Positions 14,184 through 23,780 of a stretch of DNA of 64,000 nucleotides are shown one piece after another. Both the position numbers and the translations under genes were made by a program. The notes below the pieces were generated by a model. The model was not told where the DNA came from. It searched no databases and saw only the letters and a program-made list of their open reading frames with translations. Numbering within the stretch: position 1 is the first letter of the stretch; each line of letters opens with the position of its first letter. This DNA is from Takakia lepidozioides (lineage: Eukaryota; Plantae; Bryophyta): contig CM060731.1 of the NCBI GenBank assembly GCA_030704615.1, forward strand, positions 23,622,001 to 23,686,000, written 5' to 3'.

Positions 14184-14790
14184 TCAAAACTTAAAGATAT
14201 TGACAAAAAAATTGTCATCCCTCATAAAGTGTGGAATAACATGAATCGAGTGTGTATCTACCATTATGAACTTTGAAGCAACTAGATTGTAACTGTGACC
14301 ACCGAAATTCCGGACAATGTACTATCCGATTGAATCTGACATGTTGATACGTCCTTACAAGAGCCAGCTCCTTTGTGACTTTACAGGTATTGTCTATAGT
14401 ACATGCATATTGGCTCGAAACAACAAACGTGGTTGTCCATATGAAGTTCTTTCATCTTCCCCTGCACCTTCCATTTGGAGGGAAACACTACTATAACATT
14501 CACGACCTGCATGGAAGTTGCATGAGGCCCTGACATACATTGGCCAATCTGCAAAGCGTGAACCTGCACCAGCTAGAATTGCCAAAGATCCAAAGATTTG
14601 CAAGACCTGAGATAAAATGCATTGCAAGTTAGATTACCTACCACTTCGTGTTAAGAGGAGCAAAGAGAGCAAGAAACTGTCTTAACTTCAAATTTACGTT
14701 ATCTAACCTCGACGTCCTTGAGGTTGTTGTCATTCATGTAGATGTGAAGGGCGTTTGTCAAATGAGTACCAATTTTCAGGCTGTGCAAAG
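14184..14790 (-). pseudogene. Plavaka-type (CACTA/CMC-related) transposase C-terminal remnant
   Basis: Joined translation: LQIFGSLAIL..YVRASCNFHAGRECYSSVSLQME..SYGQPRLLF / ELALVRTY..HCPEF / IHVIPHFMRDDNFFVNIFKF*. This follows the RAT..FH...FS.V / YGQ.LL / LALV.WY..GCP / HIIPRF....FVNKF pattern I recall for Plavaka C-termini. A GT-AG intron is plausible at ~14607-14707. Confidence 0.55.
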
Positions 14791-14974
14791 AGGATACATT
14801 GCAACCGACTTGGATTAGAATAGCTTGAAGTGACCACGCCATCAAGATGTAGTGTTTTTATGCGTAGGTTGATATTCCTCAAGTAAAGTTGATTTTTCTT
14901 AATTGTTCAGCTAATTTAGCTTCTATTTTCTCTAACTACATATTAAGACACCCCAGAGAAACTTTTCACACTAA

Positions 14975-15251
14975 ATTCATGTCATAGAAATATAATCATT
15001 TGGGAAGAAAAAACTTGTCTGATACTCATTTCTCCAAATCAAAACTAATTATTAAATGACCAAATTTATGTCATAGAAATGTAACTATTTTAAATGAAAC
15101 TTGTTATCTATCTTATAGATCAACTAATTGCCTTTAAACTTCTCCAAATCAAAGCTAATTATAAAAAGACTGAATTTATGTCATAGACACATATTTTGAG
15201 CAAAAGTTGTCTAATAGACCAATTATATTTTCTTCACTTCTTCAAATCAAA
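14975..15251 (+). repeat. Degenerate ~90-110 bp tandem repeat, ~3 copies
   Basis: Recurring aatt(c/t)atgtcataga and ttct(c/t)caaatcaaa(a/g)ctaattat. Confidence 0.7.
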
Positions 15252-16249
15252 TCATTAAGATAGAAAGACCTTAGAAGAAGAGAGATTTACATCTCAAAAT
15301 ACTGGTCAGTTATTAAGTAGTAAATAAAATAAGGAAGGAAGGATGATACCTCCCCAAGGAAAGGAAGTGTAAATTTTGGTGTTTCTTCATCCCAAAGGAC
15401 TATTCTCTTTGGTTGGAAGGTGGATACTTTGAACCCTATATTACCTGGGTTATACAAACTCCCAACCACTCTACTACCTACTCTAGTGCAAAAATAAAAC
15501 AAATTTAGTTTGATGCTTATATGTCAACGTGACTTCCTATTATTAATGTTGACTTCCTATCCCTACTTTAAAGCTGAACCTTTGGTTTGATGTGATTTGA
15601 AGTGTTTTGCAAGCTCAATGGGTCCTTCCACCTTATATCGGGCAAACCAATTAGGCGTAGTATAAAGAGGATCATAGAAGCCGCTTTATAAAACAAAAAA
15701 TCAGGTGGAGTTCCAATCTCAAGTGGTGTTTAGCTGCCGAAGTGGTGTTTGAGGCCCAAACAGTAGGAAGATCTTTTTCAGCAATAACTCCAAGTATTGC
15801 CCAATTTTGAAACTATCCTACCTTAGTGCTTGCACGTTAAAATATTTAATGCAACATCGTCCATGAGACGTCCAATGGGTAGGAAACAAGGCCTCCTTAC
15901 AAATGGTCGTGGATTCAAAAGCACATAGGTGTACGTTGGATGTCACACTATGGCCAACCCAACTATATATAAACTGGGGCTAACTAGGTCACCGGTTACT
16001 TATAAATGTGTGGGTTCTAGGGGAATCTTAATCCCTGGGGGGAGGGTTAAGCGAGTCTCTAAGGCCGATAGAATGACATGTCCACCAGCTAGCTATAGTC
16101 CATCGGGATGGAAGTGATACCATAGTTATGCTTGTTTTGGCAGGAGTCTTCATTGGCCCTAAGGTCCTTTACAAAAGTGGATATGAAAGTTTGCACAATT
16201 TTTGCCACATCACACCCAAGAGTTCCGCCCAATCTGTTTTGGGGGAGCA

Positions 16250-17450
16250 TCGGTGTAAAAGGCCCTAAGTAGCCTAGCACCATGGGAGGTCCTTGGGCTA
16301 GTGTACAGTCCCATATAATTAAGTGGGTGTGTACGTTTGTGTATTAGACGTGCATATTAAATGTTCTCTATCAAATCATCCTTTACAATGGTTTCACTCT
16401 ACGTACCATTGACTAGCACCTGGACCTACCAATGAATGATTTGCCTTACTGAATCAACGGACCACTGCACTTGGACCTAGCAACCTCCACAACAATGCCG
16501 AAAATTCATCGCAACTATCCACCGCCTCTCTTGACATTGAACGAGAGATGAATTGTAGACACTTGAAAACCTCCAAAGCCTCCAAGCTCCACTTTCGCGG
16601 ATGAGTGTCCCTGCCTACTCATTCCGTCCGGATATTCTTAAAGATCCTCCCTTAATTATTACGCTTTCCTTGATTCTTTCAAGGCAGCCAATGACACTCT
16701 AATATTCATGAATGCTTCTTTATAAGTGGTCATGTACTCTTCCTAGGAGATTGTTCTCATAGCATGTAATTTTGTAGTGGTATATACTTCTGTTTTTTCT
16801 TTTTCTCCCCAAAGAGGTCTGGTTCGCTCATTCATTGATCACAATGTTGTGCCTCATATGGTATAATCGGGGTTTTTCCCCCAATAATTCCAAATAAAGT
16901 CTTTGAGGGCCTAGTCCCTATCTACTTATTTAAAAAATTGTTATTATTCTTATTATTACTATATAATTACTACATTAATAAAGTAATGGCAGGGACGGTC
17001 CACATGTATGTTACATCTTGTTATTCCTATTTTTTACAAGGACGTGAGGTGATATTAACCTCCTCTCCTCTGCTGGCCGGGATGGCCCATTCGTTGTGAA
17101 ACTAATTTGAAACCATGTTTATGAAGCATCAAAATTCACCTATCAATTATCTTATCCTCTACGTTAGAGCACGCACAAATTGGTATAGTAGTTTAATTGA
17201 AGATCAGCAAGGCTTTGCTTTAAGCAGATCAGACAACCTTGTACGGAGTCCTTTTTTGGTCCCTGGATGGTCTGTGGCAATTTAGGAAGGGAATTGTCTG
17301 ATGGTCTCAAAGTATGATTTAGGGTCGGATTTCTTGAGCCAGAGTCGTAGTTTGGCCCAGGCTTGCTATAGATGACCAGAGAGAAATTCTTTGTCTTATG
17401 CTTGAATCCTTGAGTAATCCATCGAAGTGATGGTTGCCATCAGATGTTTG
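16250..17450 (-). mobile_element. Highly decayed L1-like LINE ORF2 C-terminal region
   Basis: Minus-strand QAWAKLRLWLKKSDPKSYFETIRQ (~17300-17370) and HLIIWDCTLAQ (~16295-16327, zf-RVT H..WDC motif), in the order and spacing expected for plant L1 ORF2. Confidence 0.4.
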
Positions 17451-18290
17451 TGCCATGTTGCCTTGCTCACACATCAGTATCCTGAGTTGTTGCCTCTCTC
17501 AGCAATTCAAGGGTAGTAAAAGGCCTGGCCAGCAGATATTACCATGCTGGGGGCGGAGAATTTGGATCGGCATGGTTCCATTGACTTGATGATAGGAGGG
17601 TTGCCTTGCCAAGGACATTCTCCCGCAGGTCATAGTAATGGTTTGCATGATGTACGATCGCATCTGTTTTGGGAGATGCTGCGAGCAGGTGAGGCAAGTG
17701 CAACCTCCAGCTTACATCCCGGAGAATGTTCCTCTCATGGGGGATTCTTGGGCCAGGGTTATGGCCAGTGTATATGAGATCCGGTCATAGATTGGACCAG
17801 CTGTATTGTTGGATGCAGCTGCAGTGGGTTCACGGGCACATAGGCCTAGGTTGTGGTGGACCAATCTTGCACCACCAGAGTTGTTCAAGAGAGCCTATGA
17901 TTCCATTCAACGACCACCCAACCTCACGGTTGAGGGCATTTTGGACCAAGGGAGGTAACCACAGAGAGTGTGACATGATGATCGTCCACCTTTGGCGGCA
18001 ATCAATCGAGTGGGGCAACCACTTGCGGCCTTGCCTACACTCATGAGGTTTTATTCGTCTCATGCTTTTCGAGACAATGGTCCAGGGTTGATTTGGGACA
18101 ATGTGCTACAGCAATTGGTGGAGCCTAATGCGAATGAGCGAGAGTGGGCAATGGGGTTTGCCACACGCACTACAGCTGTGCCAGCTCTGTCAGATGCATC
18201 ACGACGCCAGGTGTTGGGTCAAGTAATGGATCTCAATTGCTTGACATGGGTAATTGGCTTGTGCATGGCTGAACAACGGAGATTGCAAGC
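17451..18290 (+). pseudogene. Retrotransposon-encoded DNA cytosine-5 methyltransferase domain (DNMT3/DRM-like), disrupted
   Basis: DLMIGGLPCQGHS (motif IV PCQ, 17604-17612), SHLFWEMLR, YIPENVP (motif VI, 17722-17730), AHRPRLWWTNL (motif VIII), EREWAMGF..TT (IX), RRQVLGQVMD (X, 18214-18231). Motif I is lost at the truncation; one frameshift and several stops. Confidence 0.9.
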
Positions 18291-18794
18291 ATTGGTGGCT
18301 ACTTCTGCAATCCCATTGGATATTGCACCCTCTCTCCCAACCGGGACTGTTGAGGCAGTGAGTGGGGGCGAGCACAAGATCATGGGGTGCAAGCACCCAT
18401 GGCAGATGTGGGATGAGATGCGCAAAGAGAGAGTCATTGGATCTCTCAAGCAGCAGTATGAGGAATGGGGAGAGCCATACACTGAGATCAGTTGGAGGCC
18501 AAGGTAGCCAAAGTTTTTGAAGAAGTTGAGAATGTTTCTTGCTTAGAGGATGTTCTCAAGGTGGCTATGGCGGAGCAAGTGGAGGCTACGCTACAGTCAA
18601 GTTGGACAGACAAGGCCCAAAAGGTTGTTATCTAGCAACCAAAGGATGCATTTCTTACCTCCAAGCCTGGTATACCCAAGGTTGCAATCACCGAGGACAA
18701 TTGGGAACCAGATGTTGGACCTACAGTCACCGGAGGAGAGGGACGGAGGATCTAGCGATTTCTAAGGACTTATAGAAATTGCTTTGCCTTCGGT

Positions 18795-20140
18795 TTGACG
18801 GATTTGGGGAGCTTGAAGGGCCAGGAGATTCATATTGATTTGACAAGTGATACGCCAATCTTTCAAAGGCCTTACAGGTATAGTGAGATGGAGAGGTATT
18901 TGATCCAGTCACGGACTATGAAGTTGTTCGAAGCTGGATTGGTGGGGTTGTCAGGGGGGGAGTATGCCTCGGCAATGGTGATGCCAGCTAAGAAGGATAT
19001 CTATGGCAATTGGACAGAAAGAAAGAGGTGTGGGGACTATCGTCCTATGAACCGTCAGATTAAGTCCGATAGATATGCCATGCCAACTCCAGATAAAATC
19101 TTTCATGCCATTGGGTATACGAAGGTGTTTAGCACATTGGACTTACAATCGGGTTATCACCAGTTGCCAATCAAAGAGGCTGATAAGCAAAAGACGACAT
19201 TCTGGGGGATTGACCAGTATGAGAAGGATTGTTTGAACCAATGGCGCTTCCTACCATTTGGGTTGAAGAATGCTCCTGCAGAGTTTCAAAGGGTCATGGA
19301 TATGATTCTTGCAGGGCTAGACTTTGCCCGGTGCTACACTGATGACATCATCATCTTTAGTGCCACGGTTGAGAAGCATGAGAGACACATTCAAGTGGTG
19401 TTTGAGCGTTTGAGGGCGCATGGATTGAAAGTGCACCCTGGAAAGTGCAAGTTCTTTCACGATCAGATTGAATATCTGAGCAACATGATATACCCTGAAG
19501 GATTGGGTGTTCAACAGACAAAGGTGGAGGCCATTGCACGCATTCCATGCCCCATAGATGTAAGCAGAGTTCGTGCTTTTATGGGGTTAACAAACTACTA
19601 TCGTCGGTTTATCAAGGGATTTAGCAGCATTGCGAAGGCTCTTACCAAGTTGACCCAAGTGGGTCAAGAGTGGCAGTGGGAGGAGGAGCAGGAGGAAGCC
19701 TTTGAGGAACTCAAGGCTCAATTGACTTCTGTGCCTATTATGAGGCGGCATATTCGAAGGCGGCCTTTCCAGCTACATACAGATTGAAGTATGTTGGGGA
19801 TTGGAGCAGTGCTCACATAGGTGGATGATGAGGGAAGAGAGTTTGTAGTGGCATATGCTAGCTGCTCGAATAAAAAAGTCGAGGCGAAGTATAGTTCGTA
19901 TGAAGGGGAATGTCTAGCTGCAGTATGGGCAGTGGCACATTTTAGATGCTACCTCTATGACAATCTCTTCACCAACCATTAAAGTGGGTGATGGAGTCAG
20001 ACAAGCTTATAGGCCGGAAGCTTGCACGGTGGGCACTTATGCTTCAAGAGTATGACTTCCAGGTGGTGTATCGAGCCGGTGTAGTCAATCGGGATGCAGA
20101 TGGGTTGAGTCGTAATCCGTGCACGAGCGAATATGATGAC
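18795..20140 (+). pseudogene. Ty3/gypsy reverse transcriptase and RNase H
   Basis: CGDYRPMN, FSTLDLQSGYHQ, LPFGLKNAPAEFQR, CYTDDIIIFS, RAFMGLTNYYRRFIKGFS, FQLHTD*S, YSSYEGECLAAVWAV, ARWALMLQEYDF, DADGLSR. Confidence 0.95.
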
Positions 20141-20383
20141 ACTGGAGCTCGGTGGCATGGTGAGACAGATGAGGAGATGGTGCCAGTATGACATGCATCT
20201 GTTTTTTTGTGCACTCTAGCAAATGGAGCTCAAGCTGGTCCACCCCATGGGATTGATCATGGAGGTAGTGTGCATGACGATCCAGAGATCAGTGATGAGC
20301 TTAGTGGTGCTAAGGATGTGCATGAAGATGCAGCAGTGTTGGCCTATCTCTGTGTTGGAGAAATAACAGCCAGTGTGACTGTC

Positions 20384-21127
20384 GGGCAGTTGCAGGGTCG
20401 AGTGGACCAAAAACGGCAGATCCTGCTCCATGAAAGTCCATGACCAAAAAAATAAAAGTTGATGATACTATCCAAAATATTTTTGCAGTGATAGATAATT
20501 GTATACTGAACATATTTAGTAAAGAGTCCTACCCCAAATATTAAAGATATAATTCATTAAACATTTTAGTTTATTATTTAGAGAAATTATGAAAATTAAA
20601 AAAGAGTTTACAAAAAACTTTCAATATGCCACCTAGCCATTGAAGATTATAGGTTTTTATATTTCTAGAAAAACAATGACACCCAAAATCCAAAAAACAA
20701 GATGAGCTATAGACTTTTCAAAAAACGCCTATTTTTTTGACATATATTAGTCTATATGAGTCAAATGACAAATGATTTTGCCACTTCAAATCCATACCTA
20801 TGATGTGGACCAAAATGGTCACCTTAAGTCCCAATTTCAATGGAATTCACCAATGGCACATATGAGAACTTGAGTCCATTGTAATTTCATTCACTGTGGT
20901 AACAGTCCACAATGACGGTGTTCAAAAGTCCATAGCAGAGTCATTTCTTATCGGATTCATGATTGGAGAGTTGCTATGGGTGCGTATTGAAGCTATGAAT
21001 CCAATGACATATATATTTTTTGGCTTTAACAAGTTAATTCAAATTCAATTGATGACACCATCAATTGCAGTCATATAAAACTGTGCCGGTAACGTCTATT
21101 TTGGTCCAGTCAACCCTGCATTCACCT
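20384..21127. mobile_element. 744-bp non-autonomous TIR element with 4-bp TSD inserted into the retrotransposon pol
   Basis: TIR gggcagttgcagggtcgagtggaccaaaa versus reverse complement of ttttggtccagtcaaccctgcattcacct. Flanks are tgtc/tgcc; removal restores the frame ITASVT-AKERDRILQRAKRF. AT-rich noncoding interior. Confidence 0.88.
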
Positions 21128-22300
21128 TGCCAAGGAGAGAGATCGGATCCTACAACGAGCCAAGAGGTTCAAGTAGGAGGGGACTCACCTACTCCGTGTA
21201 TGGGAGGATGGACGAGTGAGGATTGTGCCTCATCTAACACAACGAGCGCGATTGGTACGCCATGCCCAAGATGAGTTGGGACATTTTGGGATGCGACGCA
21301 CTCATAGTTTGCTACAAGGGTAGTAATGGTGGTGAAATATGCACACGGATGTGCAGCAGTTATTGACAAGGTGCATGGTGTGTGATAGGGTGCGTGTTTC
21401 CTTCAATGCACCTACTTCACAATTGCATCATTTACCCATTATGGGTTTGGGCTATCGTTGGAGTCTTGACTTCGTAGGCTCATTGCTACTAACGATTCGC
21501 CATAACAAGTATATGCTGGTGATGGTGGAACACTTCTCCAAATGGATTGAACTAGTGACATTGCCTGACAAGATAAGTGAGGGGGCTGTGTATGCATTCT
21601 AAGATCGAGTTCTTAGCCGATTTGGTACTCTAACCGAGGTACTCACGGACCAGGGGAGAGAGTTCTTGGGGGAGTTTTAGGCTTTATGTGAGAAAGCCTT
21701 GATAGACCACCGCACTACTTCTCGGGATCATCCCGAGGCTGATGGCTTAGTGGAAAGAGTTGTTTAGATAGTCAAGAGGGGTTTGCGCAAGTATGGTTTG
21801 CAGAAGGGACACCTGGGAGATTGGGACCTTCAGCTGCCTTGGTTAGCTATGGGCTATAGGTTTAGCAAACAAGCGTTACTTGCGTCCTTCTCACCTTATT
21901 TTCTTCTCTTCGGCCGAGAGCCAGATTTGCCTGCATCTATTCGCAGGGAGGTTGCAATAGTCCTTGACCTTGATGATCCAAATGTGTGGACACGAGTGTG
22001 TAACCAGCGAGCAGAGTTGTTCAGGAGAATCATGCCTATGGCTTTTGAGAACCTTGCTATTGCCCAACACCAAGACACATTGAGGTATGTCACCATACGT
22101 GGAGGCGGATATCGACCGGGTGTTCGGAGATTCAACCTTGGGGACTATGTGTATCTGCAGCAGACAGCACCTACGACCTTGGATGTCACAGCAGGGCGTG
22201 TGATTCTACGGGTACAGGAGGTGTTGCCTCCAGGAGTGTTGATTCTGGAGGGTCGAGATGGCATGGTATGGAAGGACCATGTGCGTAATTGTGCGTCATG
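21128..22300 (+). pseudogene. Ty3/gypsy integrase (HHCC zinc-binding region + core)
   Basis: ELGHFG...CMVCDRVR, WSLDFVG, VEHFSKWIELV, VLTDQGREF, HPEADGLVERVV, SPYFLLFGREP. Confidence 0.92.
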
Positions 22301-22364
22301 TTACCTTCCACATGTAGATGGAATGATAGATCCCGACCTTACAATGGTACCTGCAGGGTTGCGT

Positions 22365-22495
22365 TGCATGCTATGTGGGCATGGTGATGGTGCAGCCACC
22401 ATGTTGATAAATGCTCAAGGGGGTGACACATGAGATGCTTGACACCGGCACTTGAGGAGGTTCCTAGCGGAGAATCGTTGTGTCCATGATGTGTT
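22365..22495 (+). pseudogene. PHD finger at the integrase C-terminus
   Basis: CMLCGHGDGAATML /frameshift/ DKCSRG*HMRCLTPALEEVPSGESLCP*C matches the C4HC3 PHD spacing, including the W-H-x-x-C-L-x-P-x-L-x-x-V-P-x-G signature. Confidence 0.82.
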
Positions 22496-22713
22496 GGACA
22501 TAGATAGTGGACATGACAATGGTGAGGTTGACAAGGACCCAAGGTCTAGCTAGTGGGGGTTCAACGCCATGGATACCCTAGTGAAAGCCATGGATTGCAA
22601 GAAGACGACTAACGATGGGGCTACTTTTGCACCCGACCTCTTGATCTATTGACTTCGGATACTGGGACTCGTGTGATCGAAGACCAAACAATGATCTTAT
22701 TAGGGTGGATACT

Positions 22714-23303
22714 TGTCAGCTATCCGGTGTTAGATGGACCTAATCACCAGCTAAGGGCGCGATTGTGGCATAGCTTTCTAAGATTGTATGCTTAGGATGT
22801 GTGATGGACAGCGATGTATGTTGTGGCATGATGCTTAGATGCACGACAGCTGTCATGGTTTTAGTCATGGTTAACTATAATTATATATTCTAGTTAACTA
22901 GGACATTTTAGATATTTATATTTATATTTTGTGTGTTGGGATTTCATTTGGTCTCACATATCAAATGAGGTGTCAAGCCTCACTTGGAACATGGAGATGG
23001 GTTTTCCCCTTGTGAGGGTTGAGGAGGGCTCATCTTCTTGTAGTTGAGCCTCCATGAGCCTCTCTCACCTCCATAACTCTAGGTATTGAGAGGAAGTGCG
23101 GTGAGGGCTTTGTAGGGTGGATTCCCTTAGCAAGGGTGCCCTTGGCTTGACTTAGTTTATGTGAATGAGTGGATTCATGAGTGGAGGGATTCCATTGTGT
23201 TCAATTTCCTTTATCTATTTTGACATAGCTTTCTAGGATTGTATGCTTAGGATGTGTGATGGACAGCGATGTATGTTGTGGCACGATGCTTAGGTGCACG
23301 ACA
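22714..23303 (+). repeat. Putative 3' LTR (TGTC...GACA) containing an 81-bp internal direct repeat
   Basis: Follows a purine tract; 22769-22849 and 23224-23304 are near-identical; boundaries cannot be confirmed without a 5' LTR. Confidence 0.55.
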
Positions 23304-23337
23304 GTGGTATAAGTATCTATATAGAGACAACCAACAT

Positions 23338-23502
23338 GTAGCCCAGTGGTAATGGGCACATACCACGTTGGATGTGGTTGTGGGTTCAAACCACGGTCTG
23401 GTGTGTCATGAAGGTGTCCACCTTTCAGGCAGTAGCCCTTGTGGTGAAGTGACACCGTAAGTTACGTTCCCTTCGGACGTTATATATATATATATATATA
23501 TA
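23338..23502 (+). mobile_element. tRNA-derived SINE-like element with Pol III A/B boxes and (TA)n tail
   Basis: A box tagcccagtggt, B box ggttcaaacc ~45 bp downstream, (TA)11 at 23481-23502; related copy at 8136. Confidence 0.5.
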
Positions 23503-23647
23503 GACATGAGCAACTTGGGTAATCTGGTATGAAATTATATATTTTTGGGCTGTATATGAATATGGTACTAGTATTGTTTTTTATTTTTTTGGATGCCGGG
23601 GGTATATGAGCACTGTAATGGTATTTCATCCATATTAATATCTCGCA

Positions 23648-23780
23648 TGATGTCAAAAACCATTTTTGAGACTCGATCACTAAGCGCCGATCTCTTGGAA
23701 TCCACGTTCATATCGTGATGTCAAAAACCATTTCTGAGATTGATCACTAAGCTCGTATAATCGCTGCTGATCTCCTGGAA
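23648..23780 (+). repeat. Short direct duplication (~50-65 bp x2)
   Basis: tgatgtcaaaaaccattt.tgaga..gatcactaagc...gc.gatctc.tggaa occurs twice. Confidence 0.8.

Larger units (their letters stand above)
17451..23303 (+). mobile_element. 5'-truncated Ty3/gypsy LTR retrotransposon: C5-MTase - RT - RNase H - integrase - PHD - PPT - LTR
   Basis: RT-RH-IN domain order (gypsy); many in-frame stops; gag, protease and 5' LTR absent; PPT-like tagggtggatact followed by TG at 22714. Confidence 0.93.

Noticed and set aside
17544-18507. Host DNMT3/DRM gene
   Set aside because: Intronless, contiguous with gypsy pol and mutated to the same degree, so interpreted as TE-encoded
23338-23410. Functional tRNA gene
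   Set aside because: A/B boxes are present but I could not build a cloverleaf with an acceptor stem
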